Origin: Candidatus Multivoradales bacterium
GTDB lineage: Bacteria; Acidobacteriota; Thermoanaerobaculia; Multivoradales; JAHEKO01
Direction of reading: 5' to 3'
DNA length: 64,000 bases
Assembly (NCBI GenBank): GCA_965223155.1
Contig: CBDCVR010000013.1
Location: 1,024,001-1,088,000 of the forward strand
The notes beneath the pieces are model-generated. The model was not told where the DNA came from, ran no database searches, and worked only from the letters and a program-made list of their open reading frames with translations. The position numbers and the translations under genes were made by a program. The stretch's first letter is position 1; every line of letters starts with the position of its first letter. Positions 29,292 through 39,216 of the stretch are shown here, piece after piece.

Positions 29292-31433
29292 ATGGCAAAC
29301 TCAGTCTTCCAGCTCAGCATCGACGAAAACGGCCTGGCCACGGTCGTTTTCGATCATCCCGAACGCCGGGTCAACGTCTTCGACCAGCGCGCGATCCAGG
29401 ATCTCGACAGCCTTCTCACCGAGCTCGAGGACCGGGACGACGTGCGCTGCGCGATCCTGGCCTCGGCCAAGCCCGGCAGCTTCATCGTCGGCGCCGACGT
29501 CGAGGCCATCGCGCAGGTCACAGATCCCGCCGAGGCCGAGGAAGGCTCCCGGCTGGGTCACCGGCTCTTCGGCCGCTGGGACCGCCTGCCCTTCCCGACA
29601 ATAGTCGCGGTACGGGGCACCTGCCTGGGAGGCGGCATGGAGCTTTCCCTGGCTTCCAGCTATCTGGTCCTGAGCGATCGCGAGGACATCCGCGTCGGCC
29701 TGCCTGAGATCAAGCTCGGCATCGTACCCGGATGGGGCGGCTGCATCCGACTGCCGCGCAAGGTCGGACTGGCCGCGGCCCTCGACGCCATCCTCGCGGG
29801 CAAGTCACTGCGGCCCGCCAAGGCGTTCAAGATCGGCCTGGCCGATGCCCTAGTGCCCGATGCGACCTTCGAGCGCGAGGTCCGGCGCTTCGCCGAGAAC
29901 GTCCTCGCCGGCAAGCAGCCGCGGTCACGGCGGCCCTCGATGCGCGACCGACTGCTGGAAGGCAATCCGCTGGGCCGCAAGATCATCTTCGACCAGGCAC
30001 GCAAGCAGGTCTTGAAATCGACCAAGGGCCACTACCCCGCTCCTCTGCGCGCGCTCGAGGTAGTGCGCACTGGACTGGATGACTTCGACCGCGGCCTAGA
30101 CGCCGAAGCTCGGGCCATCGGCGAGCTCGCCGTGTCCCCGACCGCCAAGAACCTGATCCATCTCTTCCACCTCATGGAGGCGGCCAAGTCGGGTGGCTTC
30201 TTGGGCGACGAGGAACCGGCGGCCATTGGCTCGGTCGGCGTCCTCGGCGCTGGAGTCATGGGCGGTGGAATCGCCCAGCTCATCAGCGACAAGAAGGGTC
30301 TTCCCGTCCGGCTCAAGGACATCGGAACCGAGGCGCTGGCCAAGGGCTTCGAACACGCCGCCAAGCTCTTCGCCAAGCAGGTCAAGCGGCGCTGGCTCTC
30401 GAAGGCCGAGGCTCGCCGCAAACTGGCTCTGATTCGCGGCACCCTCGACTACAGCGGTTTCGACAGCGTGGATCTCGTCATCGAGGCCATCGTCGAGAAC
30501 CTGGATGTCAAGCAGAAGGTCTTCGCCGAGCTCGCGGGGGTGGTGCGCCCGGACTGCGTCCTGGCCTCCAACACCTCCTCGCTCTCGATCGACGCCATCG
30601 GTCGGGACGCCCAGCGGCCGGAGCGGGTCGTGGGCATGCACTTCTTCAACCCGGTGCACAAGATGCCCCTGGTCGAAGTCGTGGTGGGCGAGGCCACTTC
30701 CGCACACGCCGCCGATACGATTCTGGAGTTCTCGCGCCGGCTGGGCAAGACGCCGGTCATCGTCAAGAGCGGACCGGGCTTCCTGGTGAACCGACTGCTT
30801 GCCTTCACCATGGCCGAGGCCATGTGGCTCTTGGACGAGGGACACAAGATCGAGTCGCTGGACCGCGCGGTGTCGGCATGGGGAATGCCCCTGGGGCCCT
30901 GCGCGCTCACCGACGAGGTCGGCCTGGACGTCGCGGTCAAAGTCTCGCACATCCTGACCGAGGCCTTTCCGAAGCGCCTGACCTATCCCGGCTGGATGGA
31001 CCGCATGGTCGAGGACGGACGCCTCGGCGCCAAGGCTCAGAAGGGGTTCTACCGCTACGAAAAGGGCCGGCGTACCGAGCCCGATGCCAAGGTCTATGAC
31101 CTTCTCGGGCTCACCGGCCGCAGCGCTTCGACTCCCACCGAGCAAATCGCCGACCGCATCCTCCTGCCGATGGCCAACGAGGCCGCGCGCTGCCTCGAAG
31201 AGGGGGTCGTGCGGGACGCCGAGGACCTGGATCTCGCCATGATCTTCGGCACCGGATTTCCGCCGTTCCGCGGTGGTCTGTGCCGCTGGGCGGACTCCCA
31301 GGGGGTGGACCGGCTCGCCGAGGAGATGGAGCGCTGGGCCGTTTCGCTGGGCGAACGCTTCTTGCCCTCGCCCGCCTTCCGAGAAGTGGTCGAGGCGGGC
31401 GGCTTCTACGCGCGCCATTCCCGGCAACGCTAG
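29292..31433 (+). CDS. fadJ: Fatty acid oxidation complex alpha subunit (enoyl-CoA hydratase/3-hydroxyacyl-CoA dehydrogenase)
   Basis: CLGGGMEL, GLPEIKLG, GAGVMGGGI, ASNTSSL, GMHFFNPV, GFPPFRGG. Confidence 0.88.
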   Translation: MANSVFQLSIDENGLATVVFDHPERRVNVFDQRAIQDLDSLLTELEDRDDVRCAILASAKPGSFIVGADVEAIAQVTDPAEAEEGSRLGHRLFGRWDRLPFPTIVAVRGTCLGGGMELSLASSYLVLSDREDIRVGLPEIKLGIVPGWGGCIRLPRKVGLAAALDAILAGKSLRPAKAFKIGLADALVPDATFEREVRRFAENVLAGKQPRSRRPSMRDRLLEGNPLGRKIIFDQARKQVLKSTKGHYPAPLRALEVVRTGLDDFDRGLDAEARAIGELAVSPTAKNLIHLFHLMEAAKSGGFLGDEEPAAIGSVGVLGAGVMGGGIAQLISDKKGLPVRLKDIGTEALAKGFEHAAKLFAKQVKRRWLSKAEARRKLALIRGTLDYSGFDSVDLVIEAIVENLDVKQKVFAELAGVVRPDCVLASNTSSLSIDAIGRDAQRPERVVGMHFFNPVHKMPLVEVVVGEATSAHAADTILEFSRRLGKTPVIVKSGPGFLVNRLLAFTMAEAMWLLDEGHKIESLDRAVSAWGMPLGPCALTDEVGLDVAVKVSHILTEAFPKRLTYPGWMDRMVEDGRLGAKAQKGFYRYEKGRRTEPDAKVYDLLGLTGRSASTPTEQIADRILLPMANEAARCLEEGVVRDAEDLDLAMIFGTGFPPFRGGLCRWADSQGVDRLAEEMERWAVSLGERFLPSPAFREVVEAGGFYARHSRQR

Positions 31434-31672
31434 GTCCGCGGCGCCGGCGCGCGCTGGGGTGCCACGACCTCAGCATCCCAAGGCGTTGCCAGGACGGCCG
31501 TCCGCCGGCGAGGACAGTCGGGAGCTGGATGGCGCCGCCGCCCGGTCTGAGGGCATGGCCCGCGATTTGCTACATTGCTGTGCATGCCATCCAAGGCAAG
31601 CACGGGATTTTCCATTCCGCGTCACTCCACCCAGCCCCCGGTCGCCCGGCTCGTCTTCCAAGGAGGTTCCTC

Positions 31673-32902
31673 ATGAGCACACGTTCCGCCCGTCTTCGCT
31701 GGTCCCGTCCCATGACACGCTCGCGCGCCGCACTGGTCTTGGGCACGGCATGCTTGATGCTGGCCGGATTGCCTCTCGCGGCCCAGGAACCGGCCGCGTC
31801 CACCGAGTTCGAAGGTACGGTCGATGTTCGCGAAGTGCTGCTCGACGTCCTCGTGACCGACGCCAACGGCAACGTCATCTTGGGTCTCGAACCTGCGGAC
31901 TTCCTGGTTGAGGAGGAAGGCGGCGCGGTCGACGTCACCAGCGCCACCTTCTACTCCAACCGGCGCTACGTCGAGGCCGCCGACATCGCAAGCCGGCTGG
32001 GCATTCAGCCGGAAGAGGTGCCGGTGGACCGATATTTCGTCATCTTTCTCCACGACCAGAGGCGGCTCCTGCCCTCCCTGACGCCGGCCTACATGGACCT
32101 GGTACGGCGGGCCGAAGCCTGGCTCCACCAGGAGCTTCTGCCCAACGACTGGGTGGCCGTGGTCCGTTACGACGCCAAGCTCATGGTCCACACCGACTTC
32201 ACCACCGACAACCAGCGCATCCTGAAGGCGTTGAAGGACGCCGCCAAAGGCAAGAATCCGCCAGACACCTGGCCGTCCCGGGTCGAAGAGGAAGCCGGCT
32301 CGGGTCCCTCGCTGCTGGTCAACCTGCCCCAGGGCCGGGAGCTGGGGGAGCGCTCCAAGCGGATCTACAGCGCCATGGAGACCCTCGCCGAGGCCTCCCG
32401 GTACGTCATCGGCCGGAAGAACATGCTGCTCTTCAGCATGGGCTTCGGAGAGCTCAACGACTTCGGTACCTGGATTCCGGACGCCCGCTACTACGACGGC
32501 ATGATGGAGAGCCTGAACGACGCCAACGTCGCGGTGTACTCGATCTCGGTCTTCGACGGATTGCGTGCCCAGAGCGCGCCGTTCGGCTCGCTGGATGCTC
32601 GCGCCGGCGGCACGCCGGCAACGGTGGCGCAGGCGGTGAGCGCGCAGCGCGCCGCCATCGGCACGATGGAAAACGGTCTGAGCCTGCTTTCGAGCGACAC
32701 CGGCGGCGAGTACTACTTCAACTTCTTGAACTTCAGCACGCCGCTCGCGCAGATCCTGGAGGACAACAACGGGTACTACCTGCTGAGCTACGAGTCGCAG
32801 ACACCGGCCGGCGAATCCGGCTACCGCAAGGTCACCGTCCAGACCAAGAACCCAGACTTCGAGGTGCGGGCGCGCGAAGGCTACCGGTACGGCCCGGGAT
32901 AG
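31673..32902 (+). CDS. Acidobacterial VWFA-related domain protein
   Basis: SD AGGAGG; LDVLVTD..GN.I.GL..DF, DTGG, YYLLSY, VRAREGY. Confidence 0.82.
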   Translation: MSTRSARLRWSRPMTRSRAALVLGTACLMLAGLPLAAQEPAASTEFEGTVDVREVLLDVLVTDANGNVILGLEPADFLVEEEGGAVDVTSATFYSNRRYVEAADIASRLGIQPEEVPVDRYFVIFLHDQRRLLPSLTPAYMDLVRRAEAWLHQELLPNDWVAVVRYDAKLMVHTDFTTDNQRILKALKDAAKGKNPPDTWPSRVEEEAGSGPSLLVNLPQGRELGERSKRIYSAMETLAEASRYVIGRKNMLLFSMGFGELNDFGTWIPDARYYDGMMESLNDANVAVYSISVFDGLRAQSAPFGSLDARAGGTPATVAQAVSAQRAAIGTMENGLSLLSSDTGGEYYFNFLNFSTPLAQILEDNNGYYLLSYESQTPAGESGYRKVTVQTKNPDFEVRAREGYRYGPG

Positions 32903-32983
32903 GCTCCCGTCCCGGGCGTCGAGGCCGTCGGCTGGTGCCGTAGCGCCTCGTCGCCGCCGCAGGCTCTTGCCGAAACGTTCTCC

Positions 32984-33730
32984 TCAGGGTCTGCCGTAGG
33001 CCACCAGCAGCACGGTCACGTTGTCGGGACCGCCGCCCCGGTTGGCGAGCTGGATGAGGCGGCGGCAGGTGGGCTCGGGATCCGGACCGTCCTCGAGAGC
33101 CTGCGCGATCTGGCTTTCCTCCAGCACGGCAGTCAGCCCATCCGTGCACAGCAAGAACAAGTCGCCGGGCTCGACGGAGTGGCGGCTAACGTCCACGGAT
33201 ACCAGCGCCTCGCCGCCCAGGGCGCGGGTCACCACGTTGCGAAACGGATGCTGGCGCGCGGCCTCGAGGGTCAACTCGCCCATCGTCACTTGCTCGTTGA
33301 CCCAGGTGTGGTCTTGGGTAAGCAACTCGAGCGTCCCGTTTCGGAACCGATAGGCCCGGCTGTCGCCGACGTGCGCGATCACCGCCTGCGAACCGGCCTC
33401 CACCAGCGCCACCGCGGTCGCTCCCATGCCGCTAAGCAGCGGATCGGACTCGACCGCCGCCAGAATCGCTCGGTTGGCCGCGAGCAAGGATTCCCTGACG
33501 AGTCCTTCGAGAATCCCTTCGCCGGCAACCGCCTGCACCTGGCTCCGTGCCGCCTTGAAGTACCGGCAGGCCGCTAGCATCGCCAGCCTGGACGCTACCT
33601 CGCCGTTGCCGTGGCCGCCCATCCCGTCCGCCACCAGGTACAGGCCCAGCTCCGGCCGGACCGCATAGAAATCCTCGTTGGTCGTCCGGACTCTTCCGAC
33701 GTCCGAGCGGGCGCAGGCGGCCGATTGCAA
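32984..33730 (-). CDS. PP2C-family Ser/Thr protein phosphatase
   Basis: GRVRTTNED, VADGMGGH, HVGDSRAY, LLCTDGL, GGPDNVT. Confidence 0.93.
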   Translation of the reverse strand: MQSAACARSDVGRVRTTNEDFYAVRPELGLYLVADGMGGHGNGEVASRLAMLAACRYFKAARSQVQAVAGEGILEGLVRESLLAANRAILAAVESDPLLSGMGATAVALVEAGSQAVIAHVGDSRAYRFRNGTLELLTQDHTWVNEQVTMGELTLEAARQHPFRNVVTRALGGEALVSVDVSRHSVEPGDLFLLCTDGLTAVLEESQIAQALEDGPDPEPTCRRLIQLANRGGGPDNVTVLLVAYGRP

Positions 33731-33733
33731 GGA

Positions 33734-34354
33734 CTACCCCGTAGACTTGGCCGCAGCCAGGGCGGTCTGAAAAGCAACCCGGACATCGGCGTCTTCGCCG
33801 CCCCAGTCCAAAGCTTCTTTGTAGTACTTGGCGGCCTGGGCGTGCAGCCCGGCGGCGGCAAAGATCTTGCCGGCCGACTTCAGGTACGCGGCGTTCATCG
33901 GATCCAGCTGGCAGGCCTTGGCAATCGCTTCCCGCTCGCGGACCCGGCCGCCGGGCCGTTTGCCGTATGCCTGCGCCAGATGAAACCAGGCGGTGGCGTT
34001 GGCCGCGTCTTCGCGTGTCGCCATCTCCAGATTGTCAATGGCCTGACCGATGTTGGCGGCCTTGAGGGCGCTCACGCCGCGGCTGATGTACACCCGCGCC
34101 GCTTCCGCCGAGTGCGACTGCACGCCCGCGGCACCGGGCATTCCCTGGGCGTCGATCTGGCGGCGGCGCTCGGGGTCGCTCAGGATGTTGAAGGCTTCGG
34201 TGATCTTCTGAAACTCGATCTCCGCGCTCTGCTTCTCTTCACCCTGGAAGCGATCCGGGTGCCTCTCGCGGGCCAACTCCAGGAAGCGCTGCCGAATTTG
34301 CTTGCTGGTGGCGTTCGGATCAACGCCCAGTACCGAATAATAGTCCGAACCCAT
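33734..34354 (-). CDS. DnaJ-domain plus TPR protein
   Basis: DYYSVLGV and HPD motif, followed by TPR-like helices. Confidence 0.88.
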   Translation of the reverse strand: MGSDYYSVLGVDPNATSKQIRQRFLELARERHPDRFQGEEKQSAEIEFQKITEAFNILSDPERRRQIDAQGMPGAAGVQSHSAEAARVYISRGVSALKAANIGQAIDNLEMATREDAANATAWFHLAQAYGKRPGGRVREREAIAKACQLDPMNAAYLKSAGKIFAAAGLHAQAAKYYKEALDWGGEDADVRVAFQTALAAAKSTG

Positions 34355-34365
34355 CCAAACGACTC

Positions 34366-35400
34366 CTACCGAGACTTCATTCTATACAGCCTGCGCGCGG
34401 TATCGCGGACCGCGTTGGATACATTGCGATCCTTCGATAAGTGCTGCAGGTCCCGATTCGACAGTCGCGGCACCATGCGTACCGCCATGCCTACTGGCGA
34501 CCGAGGGTTCCGCACCAGGGCGTGCATGATCGAGTACTTCCGGATCCAGCTCCGGGTGGTGCCGATGGTCTCGAGCACCTCGCCGATGACGGCTCGGTTA
34601 TTCGCGACGTGCTCGACTTCGAGCTCGCTCATGGGATTGTTCTTGAGCACCGAGGTCGCGACCATGGGATTGGGATCCCGGATCAGGACGTTGCGAAGAC
34701 CCTTGGACGCCCCGCGCGTGAGCTTGAGCCGCACCGGAATCGGCAGGGACCGAACCTGGCCCTCGCTCAGGCCTGTGGACTCGTCTTCCTCCCCCTCCGT
34801 TTCGATAGCGCCCTGCACCTCTTCGATCGCTTCTTCGAGCTCCTCTTCGGTAATGGCGTCGGCCTCTTGCTCGAGCTCCTCCCGGCTCTTTCGGGGCCGG
34901 TCTTCCGGACGCAGCAGATGCTCCCGGTATTCGTGGATCTTGCGCTTGGCGTAGGCTCCCGCAGTCGGATTGGTCTCGAGCGCGTTCAGAACTCCCGGGT
35001 GATCCACGATGACGTCTTGGCGGTTGAGCAGGATCTCCTGAGCATCTCGGCCGACAAATGAGGCCATCTCGGTTAAGAGCTCAGGGGTCGCGGCCCGGGA
35101 TCGCAGTACCGTCTCGACAACCAGCGGGTGGGACACGAAGCGGCCGAAGTAGGCGACGACCTCGGTCGGGACCCCGTCCGTGATCAAGTTGGCGGCGATC
35201 TTGGGATCCAGGACGGCGAGCGATTGCTGCGCTTCCCCGGCCACGGCCTCGTCCGCGTCACGGGCGAGCCGAACCTGCAGGGCGATGAGCTCCGCCGGCG
35301 GCAGCGGCAGGATGCCCTTGGCCGCAAGCAGCCGGCCTTCCTTGCCGCCCGACAGAATCTCCCGGGCGAAATCGGAGCCGTCGCCAAACGGCTCGCTCAT
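34366..35400 (-). CDS. Conserved hypothetical helical-repeat protein
   Basis: 344 aa, lies within an operon, coding-like codon bias, ALVRNP repeat-like segments. Confidence 0.75.
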   Translation of the reverse strand: MSEPFGDGSDFAREILSGGKEGRLLAAKGILPLPPAELIALQVRLARDADEAVAGEAQQSLAVLDPKIAANLITDGVPTEVVAYFGRFVSHPLVVETVLRSRAATPELLTEMASFVGRDAQEILLNRQDVIVDHPGVLNALETNPTAGAYAKRKIHEYREHLLRPEDRPRKSREELEQEADAITEEELEEAIEEVQGAIETEGEEDESTGLSEGQVRSLPIPVRLKLTRGASKGLRNVLIRDPNPMVATSVLKNNPMSELEVEHVANNRAVIGEVLETIGTTRSWIRKYSIMHALVRNPRSPVGMAVRMVPRLSNRDLQHLSKDRNVSNAVRDTARRLYRMKSR

Positions 35401-36233
35401 CCGGCATCTCCGGCCAGGGACTGGCCGGCCGCCGACCCGGCGTCGGACCCGGCGTCTTCGGCCGTCGCCGCAGGCTCCGCGGCCGCCAGGACCAGATCAC
35501 GCGCGACCTGGCCGGCGGTGTACGGGAACTGATACGGCTCCCCGTTGACCTCGATCTCGACGCCCTCGGGATTGCCCAGTGTCAGACGAACCTCCGACTC
35601 GGCCTCCAGCCGCATCGACTCCCCCTGCACGTGAAGCTCGCTCAAGCGGCGAGCGCCGTCCACGGTCGCCTCTACCCAGCAGTCCTTGGTGAAGTCCAGG
35701 GTCACGAGCAGCGGCACTTCCTGCACTGGCTCCGTCGGGGCCGCGGGCGGCGGCGCCTCGGGCAGGATCGGCGCCGCGATCGGCGGCGGCACCTGATCCG
35801 TCTGGCTCCTGCCGGCCCAGTAGACGAGTAGGGCAATGAGGCTAACGGCAGCCAGCAGCACTGCCAGTAGGATCCAGATGTTCTTGGCCGTGCCCGGTTC
35901 GGCGGGCGCCGCCTGCACGACGGGCAGCTCGTCTTCGGCCGGCTCTTCCGCGGCGTTGAGATAGGAGTTGACCACCTCGTCCGGATCCAGGCCGACGAAC
36001 TTAGAGTACTCGCGCAGGAAGCCCTTGGCGAAGACCGGCGCGGGCAATACGTCAAAGCGATCCTGCTCCAGGGCCTCCAGGTACCGGATGCTGATCTTCG
36101 TGGCGTCGGCGATGTCGTCGAGGTTGACCTCGCGAATCTGCCGCTGCTGGCGCAGCCAGGTGCCGAAGCTCGCCGTCTCGCGACCGCGTTCCTCTTCCCA
36201 CGGGGGCTGACGAGTCTCGTTATCCTTGGGCAT
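35397..36233 (-). CDS. rodZ: RodZ-like helix-turn-helix/DUF4115 protein
   Basis: TKISIRYLEALE, VFAKGFLREY, single TM segment, CWVEATVDG, LGNPEGV. Confidence 0.8.
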   Translation of the reverse strand: MPKDNETRQPPWEEERGRETASFGTWLRQQRQIREVNLDDIADATKISIRYLEALEQDRFDVLPAPVFAKGFLREYSKFVGLDPDEVVNSYLNAAEEPAEDELPVVQAAPAEPGTAKNIWILLAVLLAAVSLIALLVYWAGRSQTDQVPPPIAAPILPEAPPPAAPTEPVQEVPLLVTLDFTKDCWVEATVDGARRLSELHVQGESMRLEAESEVRLTLGNPEGVEIEVNGEPYQFPYTAGQVARDLVLAAAEPAATAEDAGSDAGSAAGQSLAGDAG

Positions 36234-36326
36234 CCGCTCGGGCCGGCGGAACCGACCCGCCGGCGACCTGGGCCCTAGATCGGGTGGACCGCAGGATCTG
36301 AACTCTATTGGCCGCCGCCGACCCGG

Positions 36327-37088
36327 TCAAATCCGCTTACCGGCCAGACGCGACGGGTGAACGCCAAGCAGCAGCCCGGCTCGCCGGCGGACCGCCGGAG
36401 CCACCCGCACGTTGGCTCCGACCTCTCGCAGATCGCGCTTCTGCAACGAGGACAGGAGATCGAGAGCCAGCTCGGGTGGCGTCGCGGGGTTCCGAGCCAG
36501 GGCCGCCCTGACCGAGTAGCGCCTCCCCCACTTGGGACTCGCCGCCACCCGCTCGAGCGATGCCGGACTGGATCCTTCGTCGTGAATCAGGGGACCCAGA
36601 ACGGTCTCGGTCAGCCGTGGATTCTCGAGCAGGCTGTCGATGACCCGGGGACTTGGATCGATGACGAGCCGTTTCAGGACTCCGACCCCGGCCACTCGAG
36701 CGAGCGCTATGCGCTCGCCCACAGTCAGCCTGGCCAGCTTCTCCGCCAGCCGCCGATCCGCCTGCCGCCGCACCGCCGGCCGGGCGCGCGCGTCAGCGCC
36801 GAGGCGGGCAAGGTCTCGCCAGTAGAGGTGCGCAACCAGATTCATCGCCCGGGGCTGCGGAGTGGCGGGATGGCCGGCAAGCGTCTTCTTCAATCGGTAG
36901 CTGGCGAGCAGGGCGCGCCGCCGCAAGAGCTCCTCGATCACCCGGCGGCCGGCGTGCGGATTGGCGAGAATTGCCTCCGCGACGCCCTCGTCGATCTCGT
37001 CGCCCGTCTCGCGGAGGCGCTCGAGCAGCCGGTCCTCGCCAAGCTCGCGCCAATCCGCCGCCGGCATCGCGTCCTGGGCGCCGGTCAT
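36327..37088 (-). CDS. Hypothetical protein with leucine-rich-variant-like repeats
   Basis: Repeated LxxNP/HPxTP units. TAGAGT lies 6 nt before the ATG. Confidence 0.7.
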   Translation of the reverse strand: MTGAQDAMPAADWRELGEDRLLERLRETGDEIDEGVAEAILANPHAGRRVIEELLRRRALLASYRLKKTLAGHPATPQPRAMNLVAHLYWRDLARLGADARARPAVRRQADRRLAEKLARLTVGERIALARVAGVGVLKRLVIDPSPRVIDSLLENPRLTETVLGPLIHDEGSSPASLERVAASPKWGRRYSVRAALARNPATPPELALDLLSSLQKRDLREVGANVRVAPAVRRRAGLLLGVHPSRLAGKRI

Positions 37089-37116
37089 TGCGATACTCTA
37101 GCAGCCCCTCGCCGCC

Positions 37117-39204
37117 ATGAGCCTGCCCAAGAACGTCCGCAAGAGCATCGAGAGCAAGAAGTTCGACACCGTCGAAGAAGAGTGGCTGAGCCGGCTCGAA
37201 GAGGCGGCGCTCGATCTGGATTTTTTCGCCACCACGGCGCGCACGCTCGACGCCACCGGCGCCGATGAGGTGGCCGCCGGCCTGCTCGAGCTCCTGCACG
37301 ACCAGCTTGCCGAGCGGGACGCCTGGGACGAGCAGCTGGAGCTTCTGAGCGCGACCGGGGAGATCTCCCACGAACCCGCGGCGCTCCACGACAAGATCCT
37401 CGAGGTTCTGGGCCAGCTCTATGCGAAGACCGAGTCGCTCGAGCCGCTGCTCGAGACCTTCGGCCTTCACCGTGCCACCGAGGACATCCCCAAGACCTGG
37501 GAGAAAGTCGAGCGGCTGCGCCAGCTCCTCCGGTTCGACCGGGGCGCGATCGTGACCATGGCGGGCAAAGGCGCCGGCCGGGTCGTGGACGTCAACGTCG
37601 CCCTCGGCAAGCTCAAGGTCGACTTCGAACGCATCGCCGGCGTGAGCATCGGCTTCAGCGCCGCTCCCAAAGTCCTGACGGCTCTCGATCTGGATCACTT
37701 CCTGCGCCAGAAGCTCGACTCGCCCGATCGGCTGGCCGAGATCGCCAAGAGCGATCCTCCCGAGCTCTTACGCCTGCTCCTGACCAGCGAGCCCGATCTG
37801 ACGGCGACCGAGGTCCGCGAATCCGTTGCCGGCTTGGTGGCGAAGAAGTCCTGGAGCTCATGGTGGACCAAGGCGCGCAACCATCCCCAGGTCGTATCCA
37901 CGGGCAAGGGAGCGCGCCAGAAGTACCAGTGGGCGGCCACTTCGGAGGCGGCCGACAGCGAAGTCCTGGCCCAGTTCGCCAAAGCCGATCTGAAGCAACA
38001 GCTCGGCATCTTGAAGCGAGAGACCAAGCGCAACCCCGAGGTCGCCCTCGACCTGGCTCGCGCGCTGGTGAAGCAAGCCACCGATCTCCGGGACCAGGCA
38101 CCGGCCTCGGCGCTCACCATCCTGGCCACGGTCGAGCGGGCCGGTCTGACCGAGGCCCTGCCCGATTGGACCACCGACGATCTGCTCGGCGCCGCCTCCG
38201 AGCCGCTGCGGGCGCTACGAGACATTCAGGACCGAACGCTGCGCCGGAAAGCCTTTGATCGCCTGCGCGAGGTGCGCTCGGACTGGCCCGAGCTCTACGT
38301 CACAGCTCTGGGCCAGGAGGCCGACGCTCGAATTCTCAAGACCCTCTTCAGCCGGGCCTGGGAGGAACGCCGCGACGCCGTTTCCGACTTCGTGGACCGG
38401 CTGCTGAGCCAGCCACAAAAGCAACCCGCCGCCTTCGTCTGGCTCATGGAGACCCTGACCCAGACTCCCTATTTTGGGGAACGCAATCCGCTCCGAGCCC
38501 TGAGTCAGCTGCTGCGGGCGGAGGATCTGACCGAGTTCGCGCCCCACCGCGCCACCCTCCGAGGGATCTTCGACGACGGTACGACCACCGCCGAACTGAT
38601 CGGCCGGCTGGACGAGGACCAGGCCGAGCGGGCGGCCGAAGTCATCGACCGCTCCCACCTCGAAGACTACCTACGGGAGCGCTTGAAGACCGCGCTCGAG
38701 CTCAAGTTCCCCAAGCTCTCCTCCGGATCCACCGCCGCTCAAGCCTTATACGCCACACGAGCGGCGATCCAGAAGCGACGAAACGACCTCAAGGCCTTGC
38801 TCGAGGAAGAGATCCCAGCCAACCGCCAAGCGATCGAGGAGGCCCGAGCGCTGGGCGATCTCCGAGAGAACTTCGAGTACAAGTCGGCGCGCCAACGCCA
38901 CGAGTACCTGGCGGCGCGGGCGCAGCAACTCGAGAACGACCTGAAACGGGCCCAGCCCATCGATTTCGACCTGGTTGACGGCGCCGAGGTTCGTATCGGC
39001 TCGGTTCTGGATCTCCGTTCGGCCAGCGGAGCGGAGCGCCAGCTTTCGGTGCTGGGTCCCTGGGAGAGCGACCCCGAAGCCGGCGTCATTTCGTACGAAT
39101 CCGACGCCGGCGAGTCGCTGCTCGGCAAGAAGGCCGGAGCCACGATCGACTTCGAGGGCGCCGACTGGACGATCGCAGCGATCCACGCGGCCGCCGAGGC
39201 CTGA
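37117..39204 (+). CDS. greA: Large protein with C-terminal GreA/GreB elongation-factor domain
   Basis: C-terminal EARALGDLRENFEYKSA, LGPWESDP, ISYES; ~545 aa N-terminal extension. Confidence 0.8.
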   Translation: MSLPKNVRKSIESKKFDTVEEEWLSRLEEAALDLDFFATTARTLDATGADEVAAGLLELLHDQLAERDAWDEQLELLSATGEISHEPAALHDKILEVLGQLYAKTESLEPLLETFGLHRATEDIPKTWEKVERLRQLLRFDRGAIVTMAGKGAGRVVDVNVALGKLKVDFERIAGVSIGFSAAPKVLTALDLDHFLRQKLDSPDRLAEIAKSDPPELLRLLLTSEPDLTATEVRESVAGLVAKKSWSSWWTKARNHPQVVSTGKGARQKYQWAATSEAADSEVLAQFAKADLKQQLGILKRETKRNPEVALDLARALVKQATDLRDQAPASALTILATVERAGLTEALPDWTTDDLLGAASEPLRALRDIQDRTLRRKAFDRLREVRSDWPELYVTALGQEADARILKTLFSRAWEERRDAVSDFVDRLLSQPQKQPAAFVWLMETLTQTPYFGERNPLRALSQLLRAEDLTEFAPHRATLRGIFDDGTTTAELIGRLDEDQAERAAEVIDRSHLEDYLRERLKTALELKFPKLSSGSTAAQALYATRAAIQKRRNDLKALLEEEIPANRQAIEEARALGDLRENFEYKSARQRHEYLAARAQQLENDLKRAQPIDFDLVDGAEVRIGSVLDLRSASGAERQLSVLGPWESDPEAGVISYESDAGESLLGKKAGATIDFEGADWTIAAIHAAAEA

Positions 39205-39216
39205 GGCCTTCGGCGG

